Shown here one piece after another: positions 24,106-35,369 of a stretch of DNA of 64,000 bases. Origin of the DNA: Schizochytrium sp. TIO01 (lineage: Eukaryota > Protista > Bigyra: Labyrinthulomycetes). The stretch lies in the NCBI GenBank assembly GCA_004764695.1, contig SMSO01000006.1, positions 263,859 through 327,858 on the forward strand, written 5' to 3'. The first letter of the stretch is position 1. Each line of letters starts with the position of its first letter. The notes below the pieces were generated by a model. That model worked only from the letters and a program-made list of their open reading frames with translations, was not told the DNA's origin and ran no database searches. Made by a program: the position numbers and the translations under genes.

Positions 24106-25236
24106 TTTGCTAATGTGTTAACCTAAGTTTCCTCTTTTCTTTATCCACAGACGCAACACTTAGAAGGTCTTCTGCTAGGTTTGGTCTGTCTTCTCTCGCG
24201 ACTTTCGACGGTCAAGGGTTTTCAAGCAGATTTAATCGATTCTGGGTTTTCCTTCTTTTCGCTAGTTTTCACCGTGAAAACAGGGCTCAAAGACTTCAAG
24301 CAAGCAGCACGGTGGTGCAAAAGGGTTCTGCGCTACCGAGCGTGCGTAGAAGAGGTTCGCGGAGGTCGCTCCTGAAGCAGCCTCAGCAGCAAGCTCGCGA
24401 GGACACCGCGTGCTCAACAGTGCCAACCCGAATAAGGCTTTGATTGTTTGATGCTTTGCCTCGCGCGCGAGCGCCTTAGCCCCGTCCTAAACTCCCACTG
24501 ATTTTAGTACGTTAAACCAGGCCTTTCTTTTCCCTCTCTACACTATAGCCTCCTGCTGGGAGGGCCGCTCTACGCTCTGTCTTAAAATCCCCAGGCCCTC
24601 TTTGTGAGGGGGCCGGGATCTTTTTTTGCGGCCGAGCTTTTACTACAAGTCCCCCGCTCGCGTCCCTTTGCGCGCCTATACCGCGGCGGGTTCGGGGCTC
24701 GCGGCGCGCGCAAAATTTTTAAAAGGCGCCCGTTAGTGATCCCTACCGTTTCCGCTACCTACCCCGCAGGGTGCATAACAACAGGCAGAAAAAGAAGAGA
24801 GCCGCAGAAAGAGACGTATCGGGATTGGAGTTGTGAGGGAAGAAAAAGCAGAGAAAACCCAAACAGAGAGAGGAAGAAAGAAAAAAAGAAAGAAAAAAAG
24901 AAAGAAACAAAGAGAGAGAGAAGAATGGCTTAAAACATTTGAATACATGAAAAGGCCAGAAAAGAGCAGAAAACAAGAAGGAAGAAGAAGGCCACGATTC
25001 GTAAACTGTGTATTGTAAAGTTATTTAACAAACAAACAAACAAACAGCACTTGAATAACTTCCTTCTCTCCACAACTTTTTTACGTTTCTTTTCTTTTCA
25101 AGGCTTCTTCCTCCCATACAAACAAACAAACAAACAAACAAACAAAGCAATGCGAAGCAAAGCAAAGCGAAGCGAAGCAAAGAAAAGGTTCTTTTTTTTT
25201 CTTCTTCCTCCTTTCTATCTCTGCGCAGTCACCATA

Positions 25237-25269
<33 letters not shown>

Positions 25270-25623
25270 ATCTACACAACCAATACCGAAGAATTCCTTT
25301 CTTGGCCTTGGCCTTGCCTCGCGCGAGTGGACCTGCTCGTGGGCTAGCCAGCGGCCGCCTCGACTGCGGCTGCAGCTGCAGCGAGCCGGGCCCCGCGCCG
25401 CGAAGGCCGCTCCGCCTGAGGGTCCGGGCGTCGAGGGTTTCGCCACTTCTCTTCTCTTCTTTCTCTCTCTATCTCTCTTTCTTTCTCTCTCTGTCTCTCT
25501 CTTTCGCCAACCGTGTCTTTTGTGTATTGTTATTGTGACCTGTTTTCATTCCATCTGCAAATGCCAAAGTCAGTGAGTATTGTTGATCCATTGAGTGAGT
25601 GATTGTCTCATTGAGTGATTGAC

Positions 25624-25625
<2 letters not shown>

Positions 25626-25674
<49 letters not shown>
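25626..25674. repeat. (GATT)n microsatellite
   Basis: Read directly. Confidence 0.9.
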
Positions 25675-25676
<2 letters not shown>

Positions 25677-25937
25677 CATTGATGGGTCGATGAAATGACT
25701 GTCGAATGCACAACGTCGGCCGCCGCAATGATCTGAGGAAACAGCCGAAGAAGTTCTTGTGTAGGCACTTTTCTCTCTTCCTCTCTCTCTCTCTTTCAGC
25801 TTGAAGTTCGCGATTCGCAACTCCAATGTTCACTCGCAACTAACCACTCCTGCCACTGTTACTGTTTATGGTAGTGCTGCCGCTACCCAGATCAATCAAT
25901 CAAATGAACAAACAAACAAACAAACAAAGAATGCTTT

Positions 25938-25939
<2 letters not shown>

Positions 25940-26023
<84 letters not shown>
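25940..26023. repeat. (GATA)21 microsatellite
   Basis: Perfect run read directly. Confidence 0.95.
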
Positions 26024-26024
<1 letters not shown>

Positions 26025-26109
26025 GTAGATAGAAAGAGAGGAGAACTTGAAAGGCGCTCTTTCGCATCTTCCTTCAGGTTTCTTTCTGTCTTTCTTTCTT
26101 TCTTTTGCT

Positions 26110-26280
26110 ATTTCTTTCTTTTTTCTTTCTTTCTTTCTTTCTGTATTTCTGTATTTCTGTATTTCTGTATTTCTGTATTTCTTTCTGTATTTCTGTATTT
26201 CTGTATTTCTGTATTTCTGTATTTCTTTCTTTCTTTCTGTATTTCTTTCTGTAATTCTTTCTGTATTTCTTTCTGTATTT
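26110..26280. repeat. Compound (CTTT)n / (CTGTATTT)n repeat
   Basis: Read directly. Confidence 0.9.
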
Positions 26281-27250
26281 CACGCCTCCTCCCTCTCCAA
26301 GGGCCTTCCTCCTTGCTGCGCCAGAGGAGACGGCCCCTCCAGCCAGGAAGCGCCTCTGTCGATACGCGCCATCGCAAGAAGGAGGGAGCTCCGTGTGATA
26401 GATACTTTGCATCACAGCTGATGGATATGCCTTCAATCTATCTGTCTCTCTGTCCTCCTTTCGGCTATGTGGGCTTAGGCCACTGCTAGCGATGGTAAAT
26501 AACTAACTTTGTGGATTCCACGAGAACTGCGAGGCCACTAGCGGCTCACAGGTGGTCCTAGAGATAGGGCTACCAAATTGAATGAGTTCGTTCGTTCCCC
26601 TTTCACTGAGACAAATAGAACGAATCAGTAATGTAATTTGGTTTTCGCCAATCAATAAACGTGAACAACAAAGAAACAAAGAAAGAAACAGAATACTAAT
26701 AAGAAATGTAGTTTGAGTTGGAAGAGTAAAGCGGTAAAGTAAAAGAATCAAAATGAAAAGGATGTATCTATCATCCATGTATGTATGGATTGATTGTCGA
26801 TGTTTCAAGATCGCCAAACAAAGTCCTCAGAGCTGTCGATCGAAGCTGATGATGGAAAGAACTTGAAGAAAGCAAGCCTCGGCTGTTTGCCGCGCGTTCG
26901 CCTCCTTGTGCAATCTCTTGAAGCTGTTCGACTGCTCGTGAGAAGGGATTGACTGGTGGTGGTTGATTGTCATTGATTGATTGACCTTCTTCGCCCATTG
27001 TGCACGTGACGGAAAGAAAGAAGCGCTTCAGTCAATGGTTTCGACGTCAATCGAACTCTTTCCCACCAAATAAACAAATAAACAAACTTAAATTTTAAAA
27101 AAACTCTTTCAGGACTAGGCGCCCCTAAGTGGGCGCTAGTGACTGCGGGGCTTTAAAAGAGAGGCAGTGAGTGGTTGGTCCTCCTCCAAAAGAAAGAAAA
27201 GAAAGGCCGGCGCCGTCCTGAGAACTGAGAACTGTTTCGCTGCTTTGCTT

Positions 27251-27318
27251 TGCATTGCATTGCATTGCATTGCATTGCATTGCATTGCATTGCATTGCAT
27301 TGCATTGCACTGCATTGC
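27251..27318. repeat. (TGCAT)n pentanucleotide microsatellite
   Basis: Read directly. Confidence 0.93.
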
Positions 27319-27913
27319 TGATTCATTGTCGGGGACTGCCTACGTACCCTCCTCTCTGACCGAAATGTGGCCATCCCTGCGATTGTGCTCAAGGACCTCC
27401 GGGTTTACGGGTTTTCACAGCTCAGGTCTTCGATTGGTCTCAATCATTCGGTTTCTCGTTTACTTTACTGTTCACGCATCATTCATTCATCGACGTTCTT
27501 TATTGATGGAAAGAGCGGTTCAGGTATTGTTTTTGTGTGTAAACACAAAAGCAAAGGTTGAAGGTTATGTATGCATTTGTTTGTTTGTTTGTTTGTTTGT
27601 GAAATGTAATTTTCGTAGACGGTATGTATGAATGGATGGGTTCACGAATTCAGAGTATCGAAGCTTCGGCCGATTGCTTGATCAGCGTATTTCTGCAGGT
27701 GCTCACACGTTCAGGCTTGGTCTTGAGTTGGGTTACGCAAAAGCAGAATCCACAAGAGATCATTTGACTCAAAGGTTTCATCGTCGCCGTGCTTCTGCTA
27801 GTGATCTGGTAGATGACATTAGTTACGCTATAGTTCCGTAATGGTTCCTCCTACCGCCGATCGAATCATCGATTCATTCGCTGATCTCCTCGAGATTGTG
27901 GCATTTCATTGCC

Positions 27914-28126
27914 ATGGATCGATTGGCTCAAGCAATCGACGCTTCTGAGCAACCGGCTCGCTTGCTTGACACCGCCCTCCAAGAGTACCCAGTCGGCGTC
28001 GCCACATATTTATTCTCCTGGCCAAGCATGCATGCGATCGCAGACCCAGGTGCTCAGAATTTGCAGAACCAATATGCGCAGAATCAGCGCCTGCAAAACC
28101 AGCGAATGGAGGAATGCATAAACTAG
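27914..28126 (+). CDS. Candidate small protein (70 aa) with xQNQx repeats; may be a gene remnant
   Basis: GCCATGG start context; repeat units LQNQY/AQNQR/LQNQR differ mostly at synonymous positions. No recognisable homology. Confidence 0.25.
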   Translation: MDRLAQAIDASEQPARLLDTALQEYPVGVATYLFSWPSMHAIADPGAQNLQNQYAQNQRLQNQRMEECIN

Positions 28127-30360
28127 CGTCGCCAAGTTGACTGAGCGTGCTTGCTGGCGTGCGTGCGTGCGTGCGTGCCTGCTTGGCTACTTCGCGGCGG
28201 TCAGCGACGGCGGGAGCCTCGTATGTGGCTATCTGTAACCCCTCGGGAAACTTTGTACTACCTACCTCGATTCGATACGAACACCATCGATGGACGAACC
28301 GCAGACGCCGATGCTGAGCCGCGACTGAGAGGCAGGAGGCGAAGACCGAGAGGGCCGAAGGGCACCTCGAAGGGCAGCAGACTGTGCGTGGTGGGCATAA
28401 TCAGACCGGGCCAAAGAGGCTGCGACGGAGGGACGATCGCGTTCTGATGATTGTGGTTGGTTTGTTTGTTTGTTCGTTTGTTTTAATCTGGTTCTTTGCT
28501 TATTGTTTGTTCCTTTCTTTGGAGAACGGGAGATGTAGTATACTTACTGTATGTATTGTGATTGCACGACACGCATGGGTTTGTTCAGGTCTCAGGCCGA
28601 TACGCACCACTTGAACAGTCCAACTCAAACTTGAACTCAGGGACCTCTAACTCCCGTGCGAATTGTGGATTCTGCTCAACCAAACTTGTTGTCTCATTCG
28701 CAAACCTGCAATGAAAACATTTTGCCACCTTTCTAAAGAAAGACATTTTCTAATTAATTAACAAAAAAGAGGAAAAAGAAAACATCGTGTTTTTTATTTT
28801 AAAAAAATAATGATTAACATTCATTAAAACTTTTCAATTTAAAATGTTTTCAACGTTTAGAAAATAATCATTACTGTGTTGCAAACTTCGACCCTCTCGA
28901 ACTCCAGCCAGCTATGCAACCGTTGCAGGGAGCCCAGCAACCTTCACGGTGGCCCTCGACAGCCGCAAGTCCGGCTCCTCGGCCGATCTGCCCAAACCCA
29001 GGCATGTGACAAGCAAGCGTCAAAAACAACTTGTGCCAGCTGCGACTGGCGGCACAACGAGGCGATCATTATCAGACTCCTCGAGACCTACTACTACCTA
29101 TCTGCTTGCCTCTCTGGAGTCGGCAACTTCCTGCATCCGTCGCAAGGATCAGAGTTACTTGGCTTTGCCTCTCTACTTCCACTTGCCCGCTTGTGCCGCG
29201 GTATACGGAGCCGAAACGATCGGTTGAGTTGCAAAACTCTGCGCCGTGACACCTTGTCTCATTCATCTTTAAGGCGGCTTCTTCTTGCCTCTCTGTTCAG
29301 TCGATGGCGTGCTTACAAGGTAGCAGAGATGTAGGATTACAGCGACCACGGCCAATGGGAGACCCAAGCGTCGTTGGCGGATGGCTTGCTAGCTAGCTAG
29401 CGAGCTAAGTCTTCACGGGGATCACCAGGAAGCCCGCTTTGGGGTCATTTTAATCGTAGCATACGGCAGGAAGTCCGTGTTCTTCTTCCGCCATGATTAT
29501 CGCCCAGCCTCGAAGCAAGCGGTGGTAGGTGTCTGCGAACTTTGCATGGTGGTATGTATGCCACTTGCACGGACTGTGCAGACAGCGAAAGGAGAATCGG
29601 TTATCTGGGCTCGGAGTCTTTCGCCAACCAAATGCGACGCGTGGCAGCAGCACGTCTATAATCTTGCCTTTTAAAGGACGCTCAAGCTGACACTTCTTTC
29701 CCCATTCCTAGGTTATGGTGGGAATATGTGTGGAAAAGGCATGTGTTCATCCCATGCTTGATCTTGCACAAAAACAGACAACCTGCTGGCTTGAAGAAAC
29801 TGGCACTAGGCCTACCACATCATTGCAAAACATACAAGAATTCCGTTCCTGTCTTCATCAAAATGAAAATCCAAGCATGGCTCTTACTTATGCTCTTACC
29901 AGAGATGGTTTCCTGTAGTATCTTGCCTCCGTTCAGGCATGGCCAAGTAGAGAAACGCGTGGGAAGCCCTAGCTAGAACAAGGATTCACTTTTATGGAGA
30001 AGCGCGTGCTCGGGCTCTTCCTACCTGCTCAATTTCCAAACAACTAATTCGTCTCTATTGCAAATTCTGGAAGGGAAAGTAAAAAAAATGACTCCTATTG
30101 TTTCAGCTTATTGTACAGAACTTAATAGAATTATCTACGATTCTTAATTAGACTTAGCGCAAAAGTGAAACAAGGCAAAAAATGCACAAAGCCCATGGCA
30201 TGAATGCCACATGCCCACCAATACTTGTCGAATTTTCGTTTGCCCAAATGCCACAGCAGAAGTTACTTGAATAGAAATGATTTTGACTATTATTGGGATA
30301 TTCGCGTTGTCTGGCTCAAGACAAGCGCAATGTATCAGACGAGCTGGAACTCTGACTCGT

Positions 30361-30720
30361 CTCGAACCAAAGTTGTTTGAACCAAAGTTGTTTGAACCAA
30401 AGTTGTTTGAACCAAAGTTGTTTGAACCAAAGTTGTTTGAACCAAAGTTGCTTGAACCAAAGCTGTTTGAACCAAAGTTGTTTGAACCAAAGTTGTTTGA
30501 ACCAAAGTTGTTTGAACCAAAGTTGTTTGAACCAAAGTTGTTTGAACCAAAGTTGTTTGAACCAAAGTTGTTTGAACCAAAGTTGTTTGAACCAAAGTTG
30601 CTTGAACCAAAGCTGTTTGAACCAAAGTTGTTTGAACCAAAGTTGTTTGAACCAAAGTTGTTTGAACCAAAGTTGTTTGAACCAAAGTTGTTTGAACCGA
30701 AGTTGCTTGAACCAAAGTCC
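30361..30720. repeat. Minisatellite: 24 tandem copies of 15-bp TTTGAACCAAAGTTG
   Basis: Counted directly. Variant units at 30361, 30451, 30601, 30691 and 30706. No spacers. Confidence 0.98.
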
Positions 30721-33700
30721 CTTGCAATAGCAACAAAGATTTGTTAAGTCAAATCTACCATTATTGTTTGCCCTGTAGTTACCGTTTCTACATAAAAGGT
30801 ATAAAATTCTGTAATTGATTCTGATGAAAAGGCAAAGATAGACGCAGCAGACATGGGACTAAAGCTGACCATGTTTGTGTTCAAGGAAATTCCCTCTATC
30901 TGAATTATGCGAGCAATCCAATCCTGGAATCTCGTCCTGTAAGGTGTAAATTCAGAATCACTCCTGGTTTGGTCATGTTCACGTTCGAAGGGAATGTTGT
31001 TTTCATTTAATAGCCCATAGATTGTGCTGCCACAGCTATCGATAACTCATGGTTTTGATTTAGACAAAATAACGCACATTCTAGGACCTGGATGCTGAGT
31101 AAGAGCCAGACCCCGACTAGTCGTATCTTTGGCCTACAAAGTGATATCATCATTGCTGGTGCTGCAAGTACTTCAAGTAAGCTTCAGACGATCATAGCAA
31201 ACGGTCTACAATCTACCGATTAGATGTCGATGGCAAGTGTAAACCACGAGATTGTAACTTTAGCGGAGGGGGCTCTTGGGTATTGCACACATCTCGGCGT
31301 GATTTTAGGCTCATTAGTGGGTACTTCTGTCCGCAAACCTCAAGTACTTAGATACGTGATAGCGTGATATGGTTTTCTTTTCAAGTTGGGCAATTGGATT
31401 AGAATCGAGCATTATCTAGCGTTTTGAGCTCGAAAGTCCAACCCGATCTTAGACGCAGAAACCTTCGGAATAAACTTACAGAAGAAGAGAAGTCGAAAGT
31501 ATCCCAGCTGCTTGCGAATGGGGGTGTAGGGCGAATTTGATAAGTGGATATAAGCTCTTTTGGATCGGAGTAAGCATCATTCTGTATCCTTGATGCTCTT
31601 CTTCCAACGAAAGACAGTGTGCTCTGAAGCTCTTGGCCCTGTCCCGTTCGCTGGAGATATTCATAAGGACAAATTGAATAGTATCAATGCTTTTTCTCCC
31701 GTCTAAATTGAACCACGTAGGAGCAGTCTTTAAAAAAAGAAAAAAGAAAAAGAGATATATTCGGCCATTATGATGTCAGATCGACTTAATCAACGTGAAG
31801 TCAGTCTTTCGGGCACTCATTTATCTTTAGATTCAATGTCCTGACTCAAAACTTTGTACTACCGGAACTGCAAGTAAAACTTCTATTCGCTGAGCAATAA
31901 GTACACACGCATTTGAATAAAAGTGCACACTCCTGCAATTTGGATAAGAGGGGCCCAAAGTCCCGCAACATGATGGTGACAGCGATTCTGCACGAGACAT
32001 ACTATGTCAACATCATATCATCGCCGTTATTAGCTATCCTTCGAGACGTGGTATGCCTCTCTGCGGGGACCGTTTGTTGGTGGCAGCTTTGCACGTGGCC
32101 TCTGCAGTTGCAACTCGCAACTGCATTCTTGGCTTTCAACGGCCCAAGGATCAGCACCCATCTTAACAGATTCTCCAAATTGTGAGTGAGCACTACCTAC
32201 CTGGTACGAGTAACTAGGTACTGTTTCGTGCTATATTTCTGAAAGGAACCCTCTGGGCCCCGCTTGATTGACTTCGTCACTGGCAGTGCTCGGAAGGTAG
32301 TAGTCGCAACGACGTCAAACTATTGCTTCATACTTTTGGGAATGAGATCCGTTCAGTAGTCACTATGCTAATTGTGAACCTGCAGAACACATTCTACTCG
32401 GCTAAATGGCGTGGGTAGCGTACTAAGTAGTACCCTCTAGTTAGGTACAAATAATTGCAGTGATACTAATACCATCCATACTCGTCCACGCGAGGGTGAT
32501 TGATGAAACACCGCAAACTCACTGCTGAATATATTTGTCGATTGCTAAGAATCAATTACTACGATAATTCTACTAGGACTTATTCTGCATTAGTTCCCGC
32601 GAAGCTATCATTTGAAACACTCGCTCGCACTGGTACACATGAAGGAAGTGCCGCGATTCTCGAGTTACTAGTTACGAGCATAGACACACTCGAATTGATA
32701 ACAATCAGGCATTAAGAAACTCTGGTAGTCTCGCCCGCGGGTTTTGAAACCTAGAAAGCCGATCTCCACAATCCCAAGAACCCTCGCTCGATCCAACCAA
32801 AGTTGCCTATCGCAACACTTCGGAACGAGACTAAGTCCAGTAAACCCTCTCTCAATCTACTACTAAGGAACTTTGTCTTGCCACAGCCTTTGCCTCTAAT
32901 TTGCTTCTGAAGCTTCATATAATTGATAAATCCATGATGCTCTTTCAAGTAGATGAACGTTTATACATACACTCAAGCTCTAGGCTCCTACTGCTGCAAA
33001 CTGAACAATTTTGAAGTTGCACTAGAGGAAAATTTAGTTGCACTTTCATGGCTTTAGTCTTGTCGATTCACAAATGACCAGGGTTGGTCCATGGAGTTGA
33101 TATGAGGTGCCGGGGAGCCTGGTCTCTCGTGCATGTGCACGCGCTGGTGCTGCCACTGCCGCTCTTACAATTATTTCCTTCCGCCGGGAGATTGTATGGA
33201 ATTTATTCATCATGAGTAGAAGAGTCTCAGTTGCTCTTGATCTCTTTGGCAGTTGCTGGATGAGTAAATCCTAGTTTTTGTGTGCGTTGTTGTCCAGGGC
33301 CTTCTTGGTGTGCGAGATTGAGGGATCGGTTGTTCGATCGATTGCTTAATTTCCCCTTTTCTTTTGGTGAGAAGTTCTTTCGGAATCGTCATGCTCCTCC
33401 TTACCAATCCCAGAGCGAGTGGACGAGTGAACTATCGGCACTCGTAGAAGCAATCCCTCGGCGACATTGTAACTCGTTTTAGCTAGGTAGAGAGACACTA
33501 CTTACGCCTTGGAGTAAAAATACTAGGTAGGTAGTATCGGCACTACTACAACCACCTTCAAAGTAGTTACCACCATGTAATCATACTTTCACATTTGATT
33601 GCATTCTTTTTAGGAAAGATGATTGTAACAAATCCTACGCGTGCCTAGCCGAAACATCTACTACTAGCACACCTCGTAGGAATTGGGGGCGGGATGCAAG

Positions 33701-34127
33701 AAGTATGCATGAAGCATCGCCGTGCAGTTCGTAAATGACTATTGTTTCACTGCGAGGGCATCTACAATACCAGAGCCCTCCAGCGGGCCGTAGGTCCGGG
33801 CCAGTGATACCTTTCACGTTGCTCAGTTGCTTTCTCTTCGCGGTTTTCGTCTCAGCACGTCCGCTGTCCTACACAATCTGTGTGCTGTCTCAGCGTGTGT
33901 GCATCTCGCGGGAAGGCCCGCGTTTTGCCTGACTTTCAAGTTGCATGGTCTTCTCTTCTTCATCTCGACATAATCTTTCCTTGCATTGAAGCTCGTTTAT
34001 CTTAGCTCAGCATATCCCCAAAAACGAATTGCGTCAGCTCTTCCTAAGCTCCAGGTGCCCTGAACTCATAATTACTCAAGCAAGCAAGCAAGCAAGCAAG
34101 CAAACCAATTTCAAAGCATAACCTGTC

Positions 34128-35369
34128 ATGGCGGACATTCGCTCCGTTCTGGAGCGTCAGGACCTTGTCTCTCTGCAAAACCTGGCTCGCTCAGAGCCTT
34201 CTCTGCTCGAAGCCCCAATCCCTGCCGAAGAAAACGGATTTACTCCATTGATCTTCGCTGCACAATCGAATAACCCTGAGCTAGTTCAATTTCTTATCGA
34301 AACCTGTGGCGTTAAAGTTGATGCTCCCAGCAGGTATGGTTTCACTGCTCTCATCGTCGCCTGCATGGACGGGCACACATCTACCGCTCAAACGCTCCTA
34401 ACGCATGGTGCACTAATAGATCGCGCAAATGAGCAGGGCCTGACAGCGCTCATGGGAGCGTGCATCTTTGGCCACTCCACTACAGCACGTATGCTTTTGG
34501 ATGAGGGTGCACGCGTAGATTTTCAGAATGAACACGGTTTAACGGCATTGATGGACGCTGCTACGAATGGTAAAACAGAGACGGCAAAGATGCTGCTGGA
34601 TGCGGGAGCTGTGGTGGATTTGCGAAGTAAGGAGCAGTTCACAGCCCTGATGGCGGCATGTGCTCAGGGCCAGACAGAGACAGCAAAGATGCTGATCGAG
34701 AGAGGCGCACGGGTCGATAGTTTGAACGCAGCAGGTCAGACTGCGCTGGGGCTTGCGTGCATTGGAGGCCATATTGAGACGGCTCTTATGCTTGTCAAGA
34801 ATGGCGCTAATGTAGACATCCAGGCCGAGGATGGAGTTACTCCGCTTATGCAAGCATGCCAAACTGGTCAGGGCGAAGCAGTGCAAATGCTTATTAATCA
34901 GGGCGCAGAGGTTGACCACGTTGACAAGGGCGGATGGACCGCCCTCATGCACGCGGCATATTACGGTCGTCCAGGCTGCGTGAAACTTTGCTGGATCAAC
35001 GGTGCGAGTCTCGACCCGCACGATTACAAAGGTATGGATGCGCTGGCACTAGCTCGACGCTCTGGCAAGGGCGATATCATGGTCTTTCTCGAGTATGTCA
35101 CAACCCGAGAAGTTGTTAGAGTGCTTCTAAATGATCTCCACCTCCCACGTGACATCGTACTCTCTTTCTACAATGCCAGAATAATGACACTGGATGACTG
35201 CAAGATGCTGAAAGACAAGACTCTCAAGGATATGGGCATAGCCGCTGCAGACCAGCGCCGCCAGGTTCTCACCCGGCTTGCACCTGACAATATTATGCAG
35301 TCCCGCCGCAGCTCTATCAAGGCAGCTCTTGCACGAATGTCTTTGCGCCGATCCGTTGCCAAATCATAA
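34128..35369 (+). CDS. Ankyrin-repeat protein (about 9 repeats) with C-terminal SAM-like domain
   Basis: 33-aa periodic G-x-T-[AP]-L-x-x-A...G...LL..GA.VD repeats. C-terminal LNDLHLP...F...I.TLDD...L.D..LKDMGI....QRRQVL matches the SAM consensus pattern. Confidence 0.93.
   Translation: MADIRSVLERQDLVSLQNLARSEPSLLEAPIPAEENGFTPLIFAAQSNNPELVQFLIETCGVKVDAPSRYGFTALIVACMDGHTSTAQTLLTHGALIDRANEQGLTALMGACIFGHSTTARMLLDEGARVDFQNEHGLTALMDAATNGKTETAKMLLDAGAVVDLRSKEQFTALMAACAQGQTETAKMLIERGARVDSLNAAGQTALGLACIGGHIETALMLVKNGANVDIQAEDGVTPLMQACQTGQGEAVQMLINQGAEVDHVDKGGWTALMHAAYYGRPGCVKLCWINGASLDPHDYKGMDALALARRSGKGDIMVFLEYVTTREVVRVLLNDLHLPRDIVLSFYNARIMTLDDCKMLKDKTLKDMGIAAADQRRQVLTRLAPDNIMQSRRSSIKAALARMSLRRSVAKS

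Noticed and set aside
26047-26436. ORFs with KYRNTEIQ / FLYFCISV repeats
   Set aside because: Translations of the (CTGTATTT)n microsatellite.
30361-30720. CRISPR array or telomeric repeat
   Set aside because: Contiguous units with no spacers and no cas genes; internal location and no G-rich telomere-like strand.
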